Assembly: GCF_009834535.1 (NCBI RefSeq)
Contig: NC_045696.1
Span: 117,740,001-117,804,000, forward strand
Reading direction: 5' to 3'
Length of the DNA: 64,000 nucleotides
Source of the DNA: Camelus ferus
Lineage: Eukaryota
Shown here one piece after another: positions 49,620 through 62,260 of this stretch (positions within the stretch are counted from its first letter, which is position 1; every line of letters begins with the position of its first letter). The translations under genes were made by a program, and so were the position numbers. Under the pieces are notes generated by a model. That model was not told the origin of the DNA. It worked only from the letters and a program-made list of their open reading frames with translations, and did no database searches.

Positions 49620-50640
49620 TCCTCCTTCTCATCTCAGAATAAAAGACACCTTTCTTCCAGAGCAGCTACCTTCCTGTGCTCTCAGGATCCCTTTCCCTTT
49701 CTTCTCCTTCCATGATCCTCCCTCCCTGCTTGTTCTGTCACCTCCGCGTATAAACACGATCACGATCACGTCTCTCCCATCTCTTTTCAGCACTGCATTG
49801 ACCTCCAACCACTGCTCCGTACTTTTCTTTCCTTTACTGTCAAACTTTCCCTTCCATTGTGATGGAAAACTAGTTAGCACTAGCTTTTTCTATTTCCTTC
49901 GTGTTCTTTAACCCACCCAGTTTTCAGCCATAACAACCCCACTAAATCACCCCCTTCCCCAAGACAACTGCGGTCAATTGTGAGGTCACGTTGGGGTCTT
50001 CCACCTTCAGCCTTCCGCTAAACGTGGCAACGTTGACAGCTTCCTTTATAAACGTTCTTCTACCTTCTTTCCATGGCTCCATTCTCTTCTGCCCGACTCC
50101 TGCCTCCTTGATCTTTATTTTTCCAACTACTTTCCTTTTTTCTCCTTTTCCTTCTGACCAAATGATTGGGCAAAAATGACCCAGCATTCCATTCTCTGGT
50201 CTTTCTTTTTTCTTTCTTTTAAAATCAGTCTTACTCATTTCCAAAGCTTCAACTAACACCTGGGTGATGACTGCTTCCAAATTTATGTCCAGAGTCTGGC
50301 TCTTTTTCTTATGCTCTAAAACCACATTTCCAGCTGACACAGAACAGCCACATGAAAATCTTCCAGGGGTGCATCAGTGACTTTAACTTCTCTTCCAACC
50401 TCTTATACCCCTGGTTGGAGCTATTACTAACTCCACCCACAAAATTACCCTTCTCTCCCCCTAAGCTCTACGTGTAACCAGCCACCACGTTCTGCATTTT
50501 CTACTATTTTGTTATTTTTTTAGGTTAATAACTTTTCTCCATCCCTGCTTAGTTCAGGCTCCCATCCTCTTTGCTTAAATTAACTTCATGACCTCCTACT
50601 GGGGTTTCCACCTTGTCCCTAATTCTAAAAGAGTGACTGT
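49620..50640 (+). mobile_element. L2 fragment
   Basis: Pyrimidine-rich L2-like text ('tgatgactgcttccaaatttatgtccag', 'ttagttcaggctcccatc'). Confidence 0.6.
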
Positions 50641-50664
50641 GTTGAAATATCGAGTGTATATGAC

Positions 50665-51247
50665 TGTCAGGGTTCATTCAGGGAAGTAGATGCTCTGCAG
50701 GACACTCAAATGGAGGGGATTTAATACAAGCAATTGGTGACACAGGTGTCGAAGGCTCAGAGGGCAAAAAGAAGTTCTGGAAATAATCATAACTATAGGA
50801 AGTAGCTACTACTCCTGTGGTTGAGGAAGTCAAAGGGGAAATTCGTGCTCACCGGAACCTAGGAGTCACCAGGAAGGGCCCCGTGTTACTAGTGTTCAGG
50901 GGTGGGAGTGTCACGTGGTTGGTAATCAGGTCCCTGAGGAGAGTGAGGTCCTCTTATCACAGAGGGTGCAGCCATAGGGCGCCTGTTGGTAGCTATTAAA
51001 GGGGTGCCACAGGGCTGGGTCTAGAAATGTTTTTAAAAGCTGGAGGCTGGAGCAGTAGCTGCCCTCTGCTGCTGGGGACAGGAGGGAAGACCTTCCAGTC
51101 TCTGGTCAGCGCCTCCCACTGACAAGAGAAACCTAATGGGAATCTATCCAGCAAGGAACTCTGGGAAACGTAGTTCTTAGACTCCTAGTGGAATACAGAG
51201 AAAAGGTGGGTTTGGGTCTCAGTGGCAATAAGTAAATCAGTGGCACA
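50665..51247. mobile_element. Old ERVL-type LTR relic
   Basis: Begins 'tgtcagggttcattcagggaa...gatttaatacaagcaattggtgacacagg' and ends '...gtggcaca'; family uncertain. Confidence 0.5.
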
Positions 51248-51500
51248 GGGCCACTGCTCTCCGCAGCTGGTGACTTTTTGGAACCATGGGCTTTTTCCCT
51301 TCTAGATGTGATGTGCGAAGACCTCAAGTAGGGACACGTGAGCAGACCATGTGTCCGCATGCAGCCCCTTCCTGACCGTCTCCCATAGCACTGTCCCTAC
51401 AAGACTACTATGTGCAGGACACAATTTATAGATGGATTGAGAATGAAACCATAAGGAAAAAAAAATTAGGATGCATACCGTGGTTATCGTTAACCTAAGG

Positions 51501-51707
51501 TAGGGTTTCTCACCCTCGGCACTACTGACGCTTGGGGCTGGAACTCCTCCCTTGGGAGGGGCTGTCCTGAGCCCTGTGACATGCTCTGCAGCATCCCTGG
51601 CCCCTGCCCACATGACGACAACAGCACCAGGACTAAACTGGTGACAATAAAAAACGTCTCCCAACATTGTCAGACGGTCCCTAAGGGGCAATGGTTGAGA
51701 ACCACTG
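51501..51707. mobile_element. MER20-like hAT MITE
   Basis: 'ttctcaccctcggcactactgac...ggggctgtcctg...cagcatccctggcc...ggttgagaaccactg'; 8-bp TSD acctaagg/gtctaagg (6/8). Confidence 0.9.
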
Positions 51708-54669
51708 GTCTAAGGGGAAGGAGCAAAAGCTTAAACTCCTCCTGGGGTTCCTCTGATTCCTAGACTCACTTTTCTTCAAAGAGAGCGAGAGCGCCTTTCT
51801 AATGTGTTCCTATTGCCGCTCTCTGCCCCCTTTCTGGACCACAGGGCTTCGTTCTGTCCCGCAGAGGTGATCTGCACCCTTCTCCTCGTAAGAAGTGAAG
51901 GCAGGTATTATGATCCACAAAATAAATGCCCAGAGCTGAAATTACTTGGTCTACAGTAGCCCCAAGGAGAACTTCACCAGGCCATCTTCATCACTGCCTG
52001 CCCCCTCAAGTTCTGTCCATCCATCTGTGGTGGCAGAGTCTCTTCACCTTCTGTGATAGTCGGGAAGATAACCTCCCTCTCCCAGCACATACACCACCGC
52101 CACCCCCACCCCCCAGCATAAAACTGTAATTCTCAGAAACAGTGTGGGTCACATCAACATCACAGAAGAGGAAAAATCCCCATGTATCCATGTGATTGTC
52201 CTCTTGCCCCGCCAGAAACGATGCTTCGCTTTGCCGTGTGGGGCCTCGCCAGTTTCCCTTCATTCCTCCGCTGACCCCCAGACCACGGCTACACCTGTGC
52301 GGTCACATCCAAACACTTTGAAATGAGATCTTTTCTTGACGGTGTAGAAGATTCTGTTTTTAGGTAGTGTAGTCACTACCACCCTAAATGGAGAGTGATT
52401 AAAAATAAAGATATGTTTTCATTTTATCCAGCATTGGAAATTAGGGTGGGAGGTTGGAAGACTGTCCTTTCAGTTACAGTGCCCATGGGGTTAATGGTTT
52501 CTCACGTAGGGTGGTCTCCCAGAGGTTTATACGGACGTCCTGAGCCCCAGCTCACGGTAATACTCGCGGGTAACTAGAAATAGCAAAGGCTTGTTTACAA
52601 GCCTTATTGGTTTGATTCACCCACAATCTGGGTGAAATTATAAACATAAGAGAAAGAGTTCTTGGCCAAAAATCAAGTAAAAAACTGAAAGCTGACCTCC
52701 TTCCCTATTTTGGAAATTTTTAAAAGTCCTGCGTTTCACATAAAACTTGACTGCTCCCCCATACTTTAACCAGCACGTGTCTATCTCAGAGGGCAATGCC
52801 GTCACGCTCCTTTAGGCTTATCGAGGAATCGAACTGGTCTGATTCTTCACAGCACGGTGCAGTGGTAGGGATGTCAGATTTGAAATGAGAGGACATGAGG
52901 TCTAGACAATCCTGTACCATTAGCCCAATGCCTCTCTTTAATCTCCCTGGCCTCAGCTTTCTGATTCATGATGAGAAGGGATGGATGACATGGTCTCTAA
53001 GTTTACTTTCCACTCCTATAATTCTGTGGGCTAAAAACTGCCTTCGTAAAACACGGATAAGATTTTTTAAAATGCTTCCTCTAAGGCAAGGACAGCATTA
53101 GTCACTGTCACTATTCAAAGAGAAGTAGACTCATTGTGGGGAAACCATGTAAATCTTTGTCAGCAGCTTTGATGCAAGAGTTACCCAAATCCACTTGCGT
53201 TTCAGACAACACGTTAACATGAATAGCCAGAGAGTCGGCGGAACCCGGGCAATTCTCTCTTTTTCAGGCTCATTCAATCATAAAGAGATTTACATAGGAC
53301 GATCTTTCTCTTCACATAAAGCTGTTTTCATCGTGGTGGTAAAAATAAGAGCCGCTGAGATGAAGCAGTCAGTCCTCTGGCACTTTGCTGGGATACACTT
53401 TCCTCCAAATCAGTGGGAAATCTTTATTACAAAGTATTCTCTTCTGGTATGAATAAAAGTTGATCAATATGTAAACAGTGAGATTTCTTTCCATAAATTG
53501 TGGATTTTGCAGAAATAATTGGTATATGCCTAAGTAGTATTTGTTACTCCAGCTCATAATTACTCCATTTATTTCCCCATTCTCTCTTCATCAGTTGGAT
53601 CATTTCTTTCCTCTTTTGAGGCCCCCAAATACAAAGAGAGTTATAGCAAGTTTGTGAAAACAGTTTTACATGAGGGAATGATTATATTTCTAATCACCAA
53701 CAAAGAACTTAATAGACTTGAAGCTAAGAGAGTCACTTACACATCCCTCATTCAGTATCTACTTTGCCAGTCAGTTATTTCCTAACAGAGAGTGATCTTT
53801 AGTTGAAAGTTTGGTCATCTCCTTGACTCTTCTTTAAGTACTGGAAACTCTCCATCTTTACACGTATTCCAAATAGACCACAAAGTTAATTACAATCAAA
53901 CAATTCTATACCAACAATCAGACCTTAGAGACTCAGAGCACTCACAAAGCTGCTGTCCTTTGTATACTGTCATAACATTAAGTTGGAGCTACTTTTCGTA
54001 ACGTCCCGAGACGGTGGAGGTCACATTCCAATTCAAAGTGTGAGACGTCCATGAAGGAGGGGCAAAGGAAGTGTTTGATTACAAAACTCGCAATTTTTAG
54101 TTGATCACCCCCATTCATCATGTGAAAAGGTTGGAGGAGATAAGGAAATGAAAAAGATCAGACAAAAAAATAAAATTTTGGAGAGAGCTGTTGGTATGCT
54201 ATGAACCCCACCCTGCCCTCAGAGTGGAGGCTGTGAAGGGCAGGGGACAGGTTCTTTAGGGAAACCACTTGGAGAGCTGCACATGTGTCCTTTGAGCCCG
54301 GGTGCCACAGGGGTGGTTTCATGTCTCCCTCGCTCCTGAGAAATCTAATATATGAAAGCCCTGCCTGGTGACAGAAGAAAGAAAGGCGAGTACGTTGGAA
54401 TCAGCCTGCATGGCCAGTTGTTTGTCACTTACGACTTGTGAGTTTTCTGTGAATCGGAAACAGGCTCCTTTGCAAAGACACAGAGCAGAAGTAGGGGTTG
54501 TAGGGGTTGTCTTAGATACTGTCCAGGAAGATTTGGCAGAAGGGGCAAAAAGATTCTAGCAGAAAGAAGTTGAACACGTACCTGGGATGCTGAGAAGCCC
54601 AAAAGGCAGTTAGGAATGCGTTTACTCACGTCACGGGAACTGGAGGCGGGCGCTCCCTAACGATGGGTG

Positions 54670-55170
54670 AGGTGTCCTCACAGCCCAGGAAACAGAGCCT
54701 GAGGCAAGGGTTTGCATGAAGGTAGCTCAGTTTGAAAAGTGAACAAAAAGAAGAGTGGGGAACAGGCAAGAAGGACAGCCTGCCAGATGTGTGCTGCTGA
54801 GCCGGACTGTGGGTGGCTGGGACTCAAGCCCACGGTGGCCTCCTGGAGTAGAAAGTGCTATATCAGTGCCCACAGAGAGACAGGAAAAGGGCATTTACCC
54901 ACAGGGCATAAACTCCCTCCACTTGCATGTGACTTTAAGTGGGTTCCCAGCTGTGTCCTGGACCCCGAAAATCTTCAGCGCAGCAGCAGCATCCGAAAAT
55001 CTTCAGCGCAGAAAGCCAGAAATGCATGTTGAGTCGGAGGGGAGGTGGCACCAGGTGGCACCAGCTACTTTGTGCTTGCCACAACCATGACTGGGGCAAA
55101 AGGCACTTGAGTCAAGATGGTGTGAAGTAAGAAGGCACAAGAGGTGCCTGATTCATGGGGCATCCCCAAC
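54670..55170. mobile_element. ERVL-type LTR relic (LTR33/LTR41/LTR16-like)
   Basis: 'ggaaacagagcctgaggcaagggtttgcatgaaggtag' resembles the terminal region of these LTRs; approximate. Confidence 0.5.
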
Positions 55171-57299
55171 GGGTCTGAAAAATCATCAATCAAAGAAGGC
55201 ATTGGCTTTAAACTGGACAAACCCAAAGAATGTGGAAACTAGGTTATCACAACAGTATTGGTCAAGTCAGAAATGATCTGCTGCTTTCCTCTCAGCCCCA
55301 ATTCTCCCTACGTACGATCTTGATTTTTTTTTAATTATTACTGTTATTACACTGGACTGGAGGTATGAATTACAAACCTGAGTCTGCATTTTGTGATTTG
55401 GAGGCACTGGAAGATACTTGATTATCTAAGATAATTAAAAAAGTCTTGGGGCTCGCCCTAGATTTCATGGAAGGGCAAAGCAGCAGCTGACCCTACAGAA
55501 TACATTTAAGGGAACAGTAGATGAAATGTGAAGTAGTTTAATGGTTACACCCAACACAACATGCTTGTTCAATGTAACAGTTGCTTATGTAATAAAGTTT
55601 CCATCATTTTCAAGTTTAAGTATATGCCTCTGTGGAATGTCCCATTTTTTGTGCAGGTTAAATAGGAGTAGAGAGAAGCATCCTTCTTGTATTTTATGCA
55701 GTTGTTTCAGCTTAATGAGCACCTGGGGATCTTCAAACATAGGGCGCCATACTTCTATGGACACTGCCATTCTGCAGTGTGAAAACTGTTCCCAAGAGAC
55801 TCGTATAATATATACAAGAAGCATAATCCTGGAAGCCGTCAATAGAGCAAAATGCATTAGGGATGAAAATGCTCGGAACATTCATCACCATCCTCCAAGC
55901 CTTAATCCAACTACACCTTATATCCCCTGTACTGCACTGGTCACCAAATTCCAAGCTTCCATGGCCATCTGTCACCATGCAGCCTCTCCTCCCTGGACGG
56001 TTGCAGACAAGTCCTTACCTGCCTCCACCCCGCACCCTTCTGTCCTTCCTATCCCCTTCCATTGGAGCCATCTGAAACTTCAGAGGGGGGTCAGCTAGTG
56101 CCAGACATTCTCTTTCTGACCATTCTTGACTCCACCCTTTCTTTCACCCTTCATCTCTAATCCATCAACCAAGTTGTGACAGGTTTGCCTCAGAAAAACA
56201 TGACTTGTCTGCACGTCTGCTTCTTTTCCCCTTCATCTCCAAGTCTCTCCACTTCTATTTTTGTTTCCAGATACCCACTCACCCTTCTACAGTCTTCCCA
56301 GCTTCCTTTTACTGCTTCCCAATGACTTCTTTCCGTGCTTTCTACAAAAAAAAAAAAAAAAAAAAAAATTCCTTTTAGGCTTTTACCCATATGACTATCT
56401 ACTCCTCTTCCCCCAGGCTCTCTCCTATCCCTCAGCCACTTATAGTTCATGGTAAACATGAACACAGGAGCCCCTCCCTTGATGTTCCGTGATACACCCA
56501 CAGCCTGCATCATTTTTCACGACTCCAACATCTAGGAAAACGAGCCTAGCTTCTGAGTTCATTGACCCCCTGACGACAGCTCCTTCTCAGGCACCATGGC
56601 CATAGTCACATTTTATACCTTCTCATTAACTAAAAATGTCTCCAGCTTCAATATCAAAATAGTCTATTCTTAGACGTGTATCTTTCCTATTTGCTTACTC
56701 TTGTTCCTAATCTCTTGCCATTCTTCAACCACATTGAGCCCTCCAGTAGGTTAATCGCACCAATCACTTACGTCTTTATCCAGAATCTATGGTCCCCCTT
56801 TAAAATTAACCCTCACTCTTCTCACAGATGTTGCTGGAGAACACGACCGAGCAGACTGATTTTGCTTTCATTTTATTTCTGGCTTCTCTGCCTCCATTCC
56901 ACCATTAACTGCTGGCATCACTGTTAACTGTGGAAATAGTGTTTTTTATCCAACAACCTTTAGAAAAAAAATACATAGGAGACCAGATATGGAGTTTAAC
57001 TGAAATGTTTATTTCTGTAACCTGACAATAATGGCATCCTGAAAGTGTCACTGACGCACACACATTCATGATTTTTGGTGCATGGTTGTGTATGCATATC
57101 TAAGTCCATATATTGACTAGATACACATGAAACATATGTCTAAATTTTGATTTATAAAGAATTTATAAAATAATTTTCTTCCTAAAGTCATTGCTGAATT
57201 ATGCTCCTTAGGTTTAAGTCATCTGTTAGTTACCTCTAAGTCAAGAACCGGGGCAGGAATCCTTGGCCACGGGAGTTAGAGGCTGTTCTAAGATCAATG

Positions 57300-57877
57300 A
57301 TTACCCAATTACCCTACTCAATAGCCAATCTCCCTTTTGTCCTCAAGGGAAGACCCCCGGGTCTGTTCAGATATTGAACAACTTTGTGCTTTAGGAAAGG
57401 GTGTGCCCAGCACCAGCCCCAAGAGGTGAATCCTGGTTAACCTAAGACAGTCATGGTAATTTTATTCCCATTGCTAGTTATTGGTTTTGGAATGAACCCT
57501 TGGCAAAAATTTTGGCCAGAAAGATATGAGTGAAGTCTACTGAGGGGACTTCTAAGAAAGGTTTTCTTATCCTTGAAGACAGACCCAGAGAGGGGCCATG
57601 CTCTCATTTCTTTTTCTCACCTTGACATTGTTGCCTGTAATGGGGGCAACCATCTTGAGGTCCCATGAAGTTTAGCTAAGTTGCTGAGGATGAAGGTATG
57701 AAGAGAGGGAAGGAAGCCAGGTCCTTGATGACATTATTGAGCCTTTGAATTAGCCAGCCTGGCACTTTCCTACCTCTCAATTTCTTACTAATTGAGAGAA
57801 TGTGTTCTTCTTGTTGTTTAGGTCACTTTGGGCTGACTCTTGAGTCACATGCAGCTGAGAGCCCTCTGGCTGATACA
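57300..57877 (+). mobile_element. MaLR LTR (MLT1J/K-like)
   Basis: 'aagtctactgaggggacttctaagaaaggttttc...gggcaaccatcttg...gtccttgatgacattattgagc...tgcagctgagagc...ctgataca'. Confidence 0.8.
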
Positions 57878-57953
57878 GGCGCTAACAACACCATCCCTCA
57901 CTCAGCAATTCCAGCTTCTCCCAAAGCCTCACCACCGCGTGAAAGCATTTAAA

Positions 57954-58038
57954 TAATATATATATATATGTATATGTATGTATATATATATGTGTGTGTG
58001 TGTGTGTATACTTTAATAATATATATATATATTATTAA
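57954..58038. repeat. Compound (TA)n/(TATG)n/(TG)n microsatellite
   Basis: Directly visible. Confidence 0.9.
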
Positions 58039-59456
58039 TTTTCATGGAAAAAATTCAAATGCATTCCATCCCAACTCAAGGTATCTGAGTAATATCATAG
58101 ATTGAAAAAAAAAATCTGTCAGTGCAACAATAAAACCGAGTTCATGTAAGTCATCAGTCAGATGGTAATAAATATAGCTTGTACGCAAAATATAAGGTAG
58201 GGAAGGTTTATTGTACTCACCCAAGGGGATGATCATTGGTGGTTGGAGAACAGATGAAACAGCATTGCAGGGAGCGTCTTTCCAGGGAAGGAGATTCTGG
58301 AACTAGAAGTCAGTATGCCAAAAGTTCAAAGAGGGATCTCAGGATGGACATGCCTTAGAAGGGAAGGAAAGAGATTAAGACTAGTAAAGTGGTCCCAACG
58401 AGTTCATCAGCCAGCTCCACCGGGAACTCTGGAGGTGGGATGAATCTCCCAAGGTGTCCTGAACTGCAGTGAAGTGTCCTGGATACTACAGCCTCACTTT
58501 GACCAGTCATTGGGATGAGGTGGCGCCTGGGACTGTAGTAATACCTTGTCAAGGTAATTCTCTTCGCCTTAGGGTAACAGTCAGAGCAGATAGTGAGTTA
58601 GGGCTGTCAGGGACTAGCACCCCCAAACACCAGGTGACCATCCTGCAGTACTAAAGGCCAACCTAGGCCATGCCTCCCTGCATCCACTACAGAGCAGAGT
58701 CCCTTTTTGGAAGGAGATGAAAAGTCAGGAGATTGATTTTCATGCACACATTCAGTATCAGAATCACACAGCTTTGTCTTAAGGAGATATATATATATAG
58801 AGAGATATCTGTATATATATTTGTAAATTTGAGCAAGAATAGGGTAAATTTGAGCACTGAAACACATGGAAATAGCATCGTAGAAAATACTGTCTTTCTC
58901 CCTCTCACTTGGTTTGTATACAAGATGCAAAACTTGGGGGTTCATCCAAACATGGCATGAAATTAAAATTTGTTCCACATGCGAATCTTTGACTAGAAAC
59001 TTTTGTTGAGTAAATTAGTATATCTTTGCCTGAAACAATAATGTCAAAACATCACTTCTCATAACACGTTTATGTCGTAGGTTTGCAGGGGTTAAAAGTA
59101 GTTATACTGAAAAAAGTATGAATAGCATGACTTTTCAAGCACTGTGGTGAAAATTCATTTACTGGACAGTTGTTATATGGAGTAAGTCTGTATAGAATAT
59201 ATCCTAACCACACGTCCCCAAAGTACTCCTTCCAATTTAAAGACAATTAAATTTTCTTAAATTTTTTATAGCTGTCCAAAAACCATCATTTACTTCCATA
59301 CTGATGTCCTTGAAAGTACAGAGTAGAACACCCTCATGGAAATAGTCACGTTAGTTAACCTTTTGGAAAGCTATCATTCTGTGGACGTTTTAAGCAGCAA
59401 AGATACCACCAAATATAACATAATTAGGTTTAATCTGTGACAAATCCAATATTTTT

Positions 59457-60227
59457 ATTTATTGTTTTACCTTTTTTTAATTGAGTATAGTCAGTTTACA
59501 ACATTGTGCCAATTTCTGGTGTACAGCATAATGTTCTAGTCATGCACATATACACATATATTCATTTTCACATTTTTCATTATAGGTTACTACAAGATAT
59601 TGAATATAGTTCCCTGTGCTATAGAGTAGGCTCTTGTATGTTTATCTCTCATATATAGTAGTCAGTATCTGCAAATCTTGAATCTCATAATTTATCCCTT
59701 CCCACACCCTTCCCCTCCAGGTAACCATAAATTTGTTTTCTATGTCTGTGAGTCTGTATCTGTTTTGTAAATAAGTTCATTTGTGTCTTTTTATTTCAGA
59801 TTCCACATATAAGTGATATCATATGGTGTTTGTCTTTCTCTTTCTGGCTTACTTCACTTAGAATAACAATCTTCAGGTCCATCCATGTCGCTGCAAATGG
59901 CACTATTTCATTCTCTTTTTATGGCTGAGTAGTATTCCATTGAATACATACACTTCTTTATCCAGTCATCTGTTGATGGGCATTTAGGTTGCTTTCACGT
60001 CTTGGCTATTGTAAATAGTGCTGATATGAACATTGGGGTGCATGTATCTTTTCAAATTAGAGTTCCTTCCAGATATATGCCCAGGAGTGGGATTGCAGGA
60101 CCATAGGGTAAGTCTATTTTTAGTTTTTTAAGGAATCTCCATACTGTTTTCCATAGTGGCTGCACCAAACTGCATTCCCACCAACAGTGTAGGAGGCTTC
60201 CCTTTTCTCCACACTCCCTCCAGCATT
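59457..60227 (-). mobile_element. 5'-truncated young L1, antisense
   Basis: Same family as 6988-7817 in the opposite orientation; imperfect TSD caaatccaatattttt (59441-59456) / caaatccagtgtcttt (60228-60243), 13/16. Confidence 0.95.
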
Positions 60228-60879
60228 CAAATCCAGTGTCTTTAGATTATGTTATCTTGATACTGAATACTGTAAATCCCCAAAGTAACCAAAAAGAGGA
60301 CCACAGAAAGCCAACCAAAGGATGGAAATTTTTTTGAGAAGTCACCCATCTAATCACCAACCTCTGTCTCTTGGCATTACAGACTCAAGCAGTGGGTGGC
60401 CCACTGTACCCAGAATGCCCCACCCCCAAAGCAGAGCCTGCAGGGCACCTCCTCCCCTTGACCTAGATCGAATGGTAACTTATCTCCTGTGAAAAGGGGC
60501 TGACGGAGACAAGAAGAGGGAGGCCAGGCTCTACGCTCCAAGATTATAAAGAGGGACTGTTGGAAAGAGAGAGTTTAAATAACAACCCTGGACCCAAAAG
60601 GTCCTGTCTCCCTGTCACAAGATTTAGTTCAGCTGGTTCTGGAAGCAACCTCCAGCAGTGAACTGGTATTGCAGGGCTTCTGAGCTGTGACCTAAAGATG
60701 GGGGAGACATAAAAGCCCAATACAGTGACATAAAGAAATCGCCCTCCTGGTCCCGGGGTTGTCTGGTGAGTTCTCTCTACCCCGCGTGTTCGGCGACAGC
60801 GCTTCTTGGGTGGTGGTTTAGTGTCGCTGTACCTTCGTTTGCAATTACACTGAATGGAGCTGCCACAAATCTTCGTAAT

Positions 60880-62260
60880 GCCAATCTCATCTTTCCACCT
60901 CATTGACAGCTCAGGAAATGCATCTGAAATTCATAGTAGCCTCATAGCCTATGGCAAGAGAAATCCATGCTGCTAAAATTTTATTTTAGAATTCAAGCTG
61001 GTTTTCCTCGGTTTAGGAGGCTCAGTCTTTTTCTTTTTTCTTTTTCTTTTCTTTTTTTTTTTTAAATCTTTTGCTGCCTACCACACTGTATCAAAATAAC
61101 CAGCCAATATTGTTCAACTGTCAGGGGCCTCAGCTGCCTCTGAATTTTATCAGAACAAATAAATACTGGAACATGTTAAAAAAAAAAAATAATCCCAATA
61201 GATAGCCGCTCACATTAATAGCATTAAAAGCAAGGGGGGAATGTCTATAAACTTTGACTTGACGGTCTCCCCCTCCCTTTTCTTTACTGACTTTAAAAAA
61301 AAAAAAAGGTTGAATAGATATTCAGACTGATTTAATGTTTAGGCTGAGAGGGATGCTAGGCTGGGTCCCAAATTTGTGCAAATGTTCAAAGGGAGAGAGA
61401 TTTTAAAATCCCAGCAAAAAGAGATATTTCCAAATTAATGGCATTGCCCGAATGCCTTGGCTCCCTGCACCCCACCAGGAAGGTTTATTATTTTCTGGTA
61501 AAATGTTGCTCGGATGGGGAGTGGTAGTCAGCGATGCGTCAGAGCTGCTCTTTGAACACATTAAAAAGCTGAATGCACAACAAAGAACAGATGTTCCAGC
61601 ATGCCTTATTTATGCACCCATCAGCAATCTTCCAGTGACCACAAAACACAGCCTCTTCTCCCCCCTCCTCCTCTCTAGGATATCATATCCCGATAAGTTC
61701 CCCCTCTTTATCAATGTATTTATTTTTTGACCCCCCGCTGAACTCCTAGGTACTTGTCTAGGTGTGCGCGCCCGAGTGTGCTTGTGTGTGTGCGCGCGTG
61801 TTATTTGCGTCTGCCTCCATCAGAGCTGGATTCTACTGAACTGTGGAACAGGTGTGGATTCTGCAATTAGATCACATTTCAGAGCGAGAGACACGGAGAG
61901 TAATAATGGCGGTGAATTCTGCACAGTCGAGCGCGGCACCACAGCGACCAGCCGCAGCGAGGGAGAAGAGGAATTAATATTAGGGGCGATTATTTTTAGT
62001 TTATGGGATCATCGGATTGAATGCGGCCAGAAGGCACGGTGAACGTGTGCCGGGGGCTCACCAGCTGTAAGGCAAACTTGTTTCACTGGCACTTAATCTG
62101 CAATGCCTCACTCACCCACCCTCTCTGCTCACAATTGGAATGGAAGTAGCGATTAGGAAGTGAGATATAGTGCAGATTAAACGTTACGATGGACCGGGAT
62201 CCTGTTGGGTTATTAAAACCCATTTGCTTTCACTGGTTTTAAAGGCGTAGCACTTTATTT
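60880..62260. promoter_or_regulatory. Repeat-free enhancer-like block with a CpG-rich core
   Basis: No recognisable repeat; CpG cluster ~61760-62060; TCF/LEF motifs at 61385-61391 and 61550-61556; TTTATGG at 62000-62006; many TAAT cores. Confidence 0.45.

Noticed and set aside
54965..55011. Direct repeat with spacer, superficially CRISPR-like
   Set aside because: Only two copies, a 9-bp spacer, mammalian LTR context and no cas genes
55541..56098. 185-aa plus-strand ORF
   Set aside because: No recognisable domain, runs into L2-like sequence and has no supported exon structure
58786..58822. Near-palindromic TA/GA patch
   Set aside because: Symmetry is explained by microsatellite composition
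60791..60829. Possible hairpin cggcgaca...tgtcgctg as a miRNA or other ncRNA
   Set aside because: Only ~8 bp of stem with a large loop; too short for a pre-miRNA
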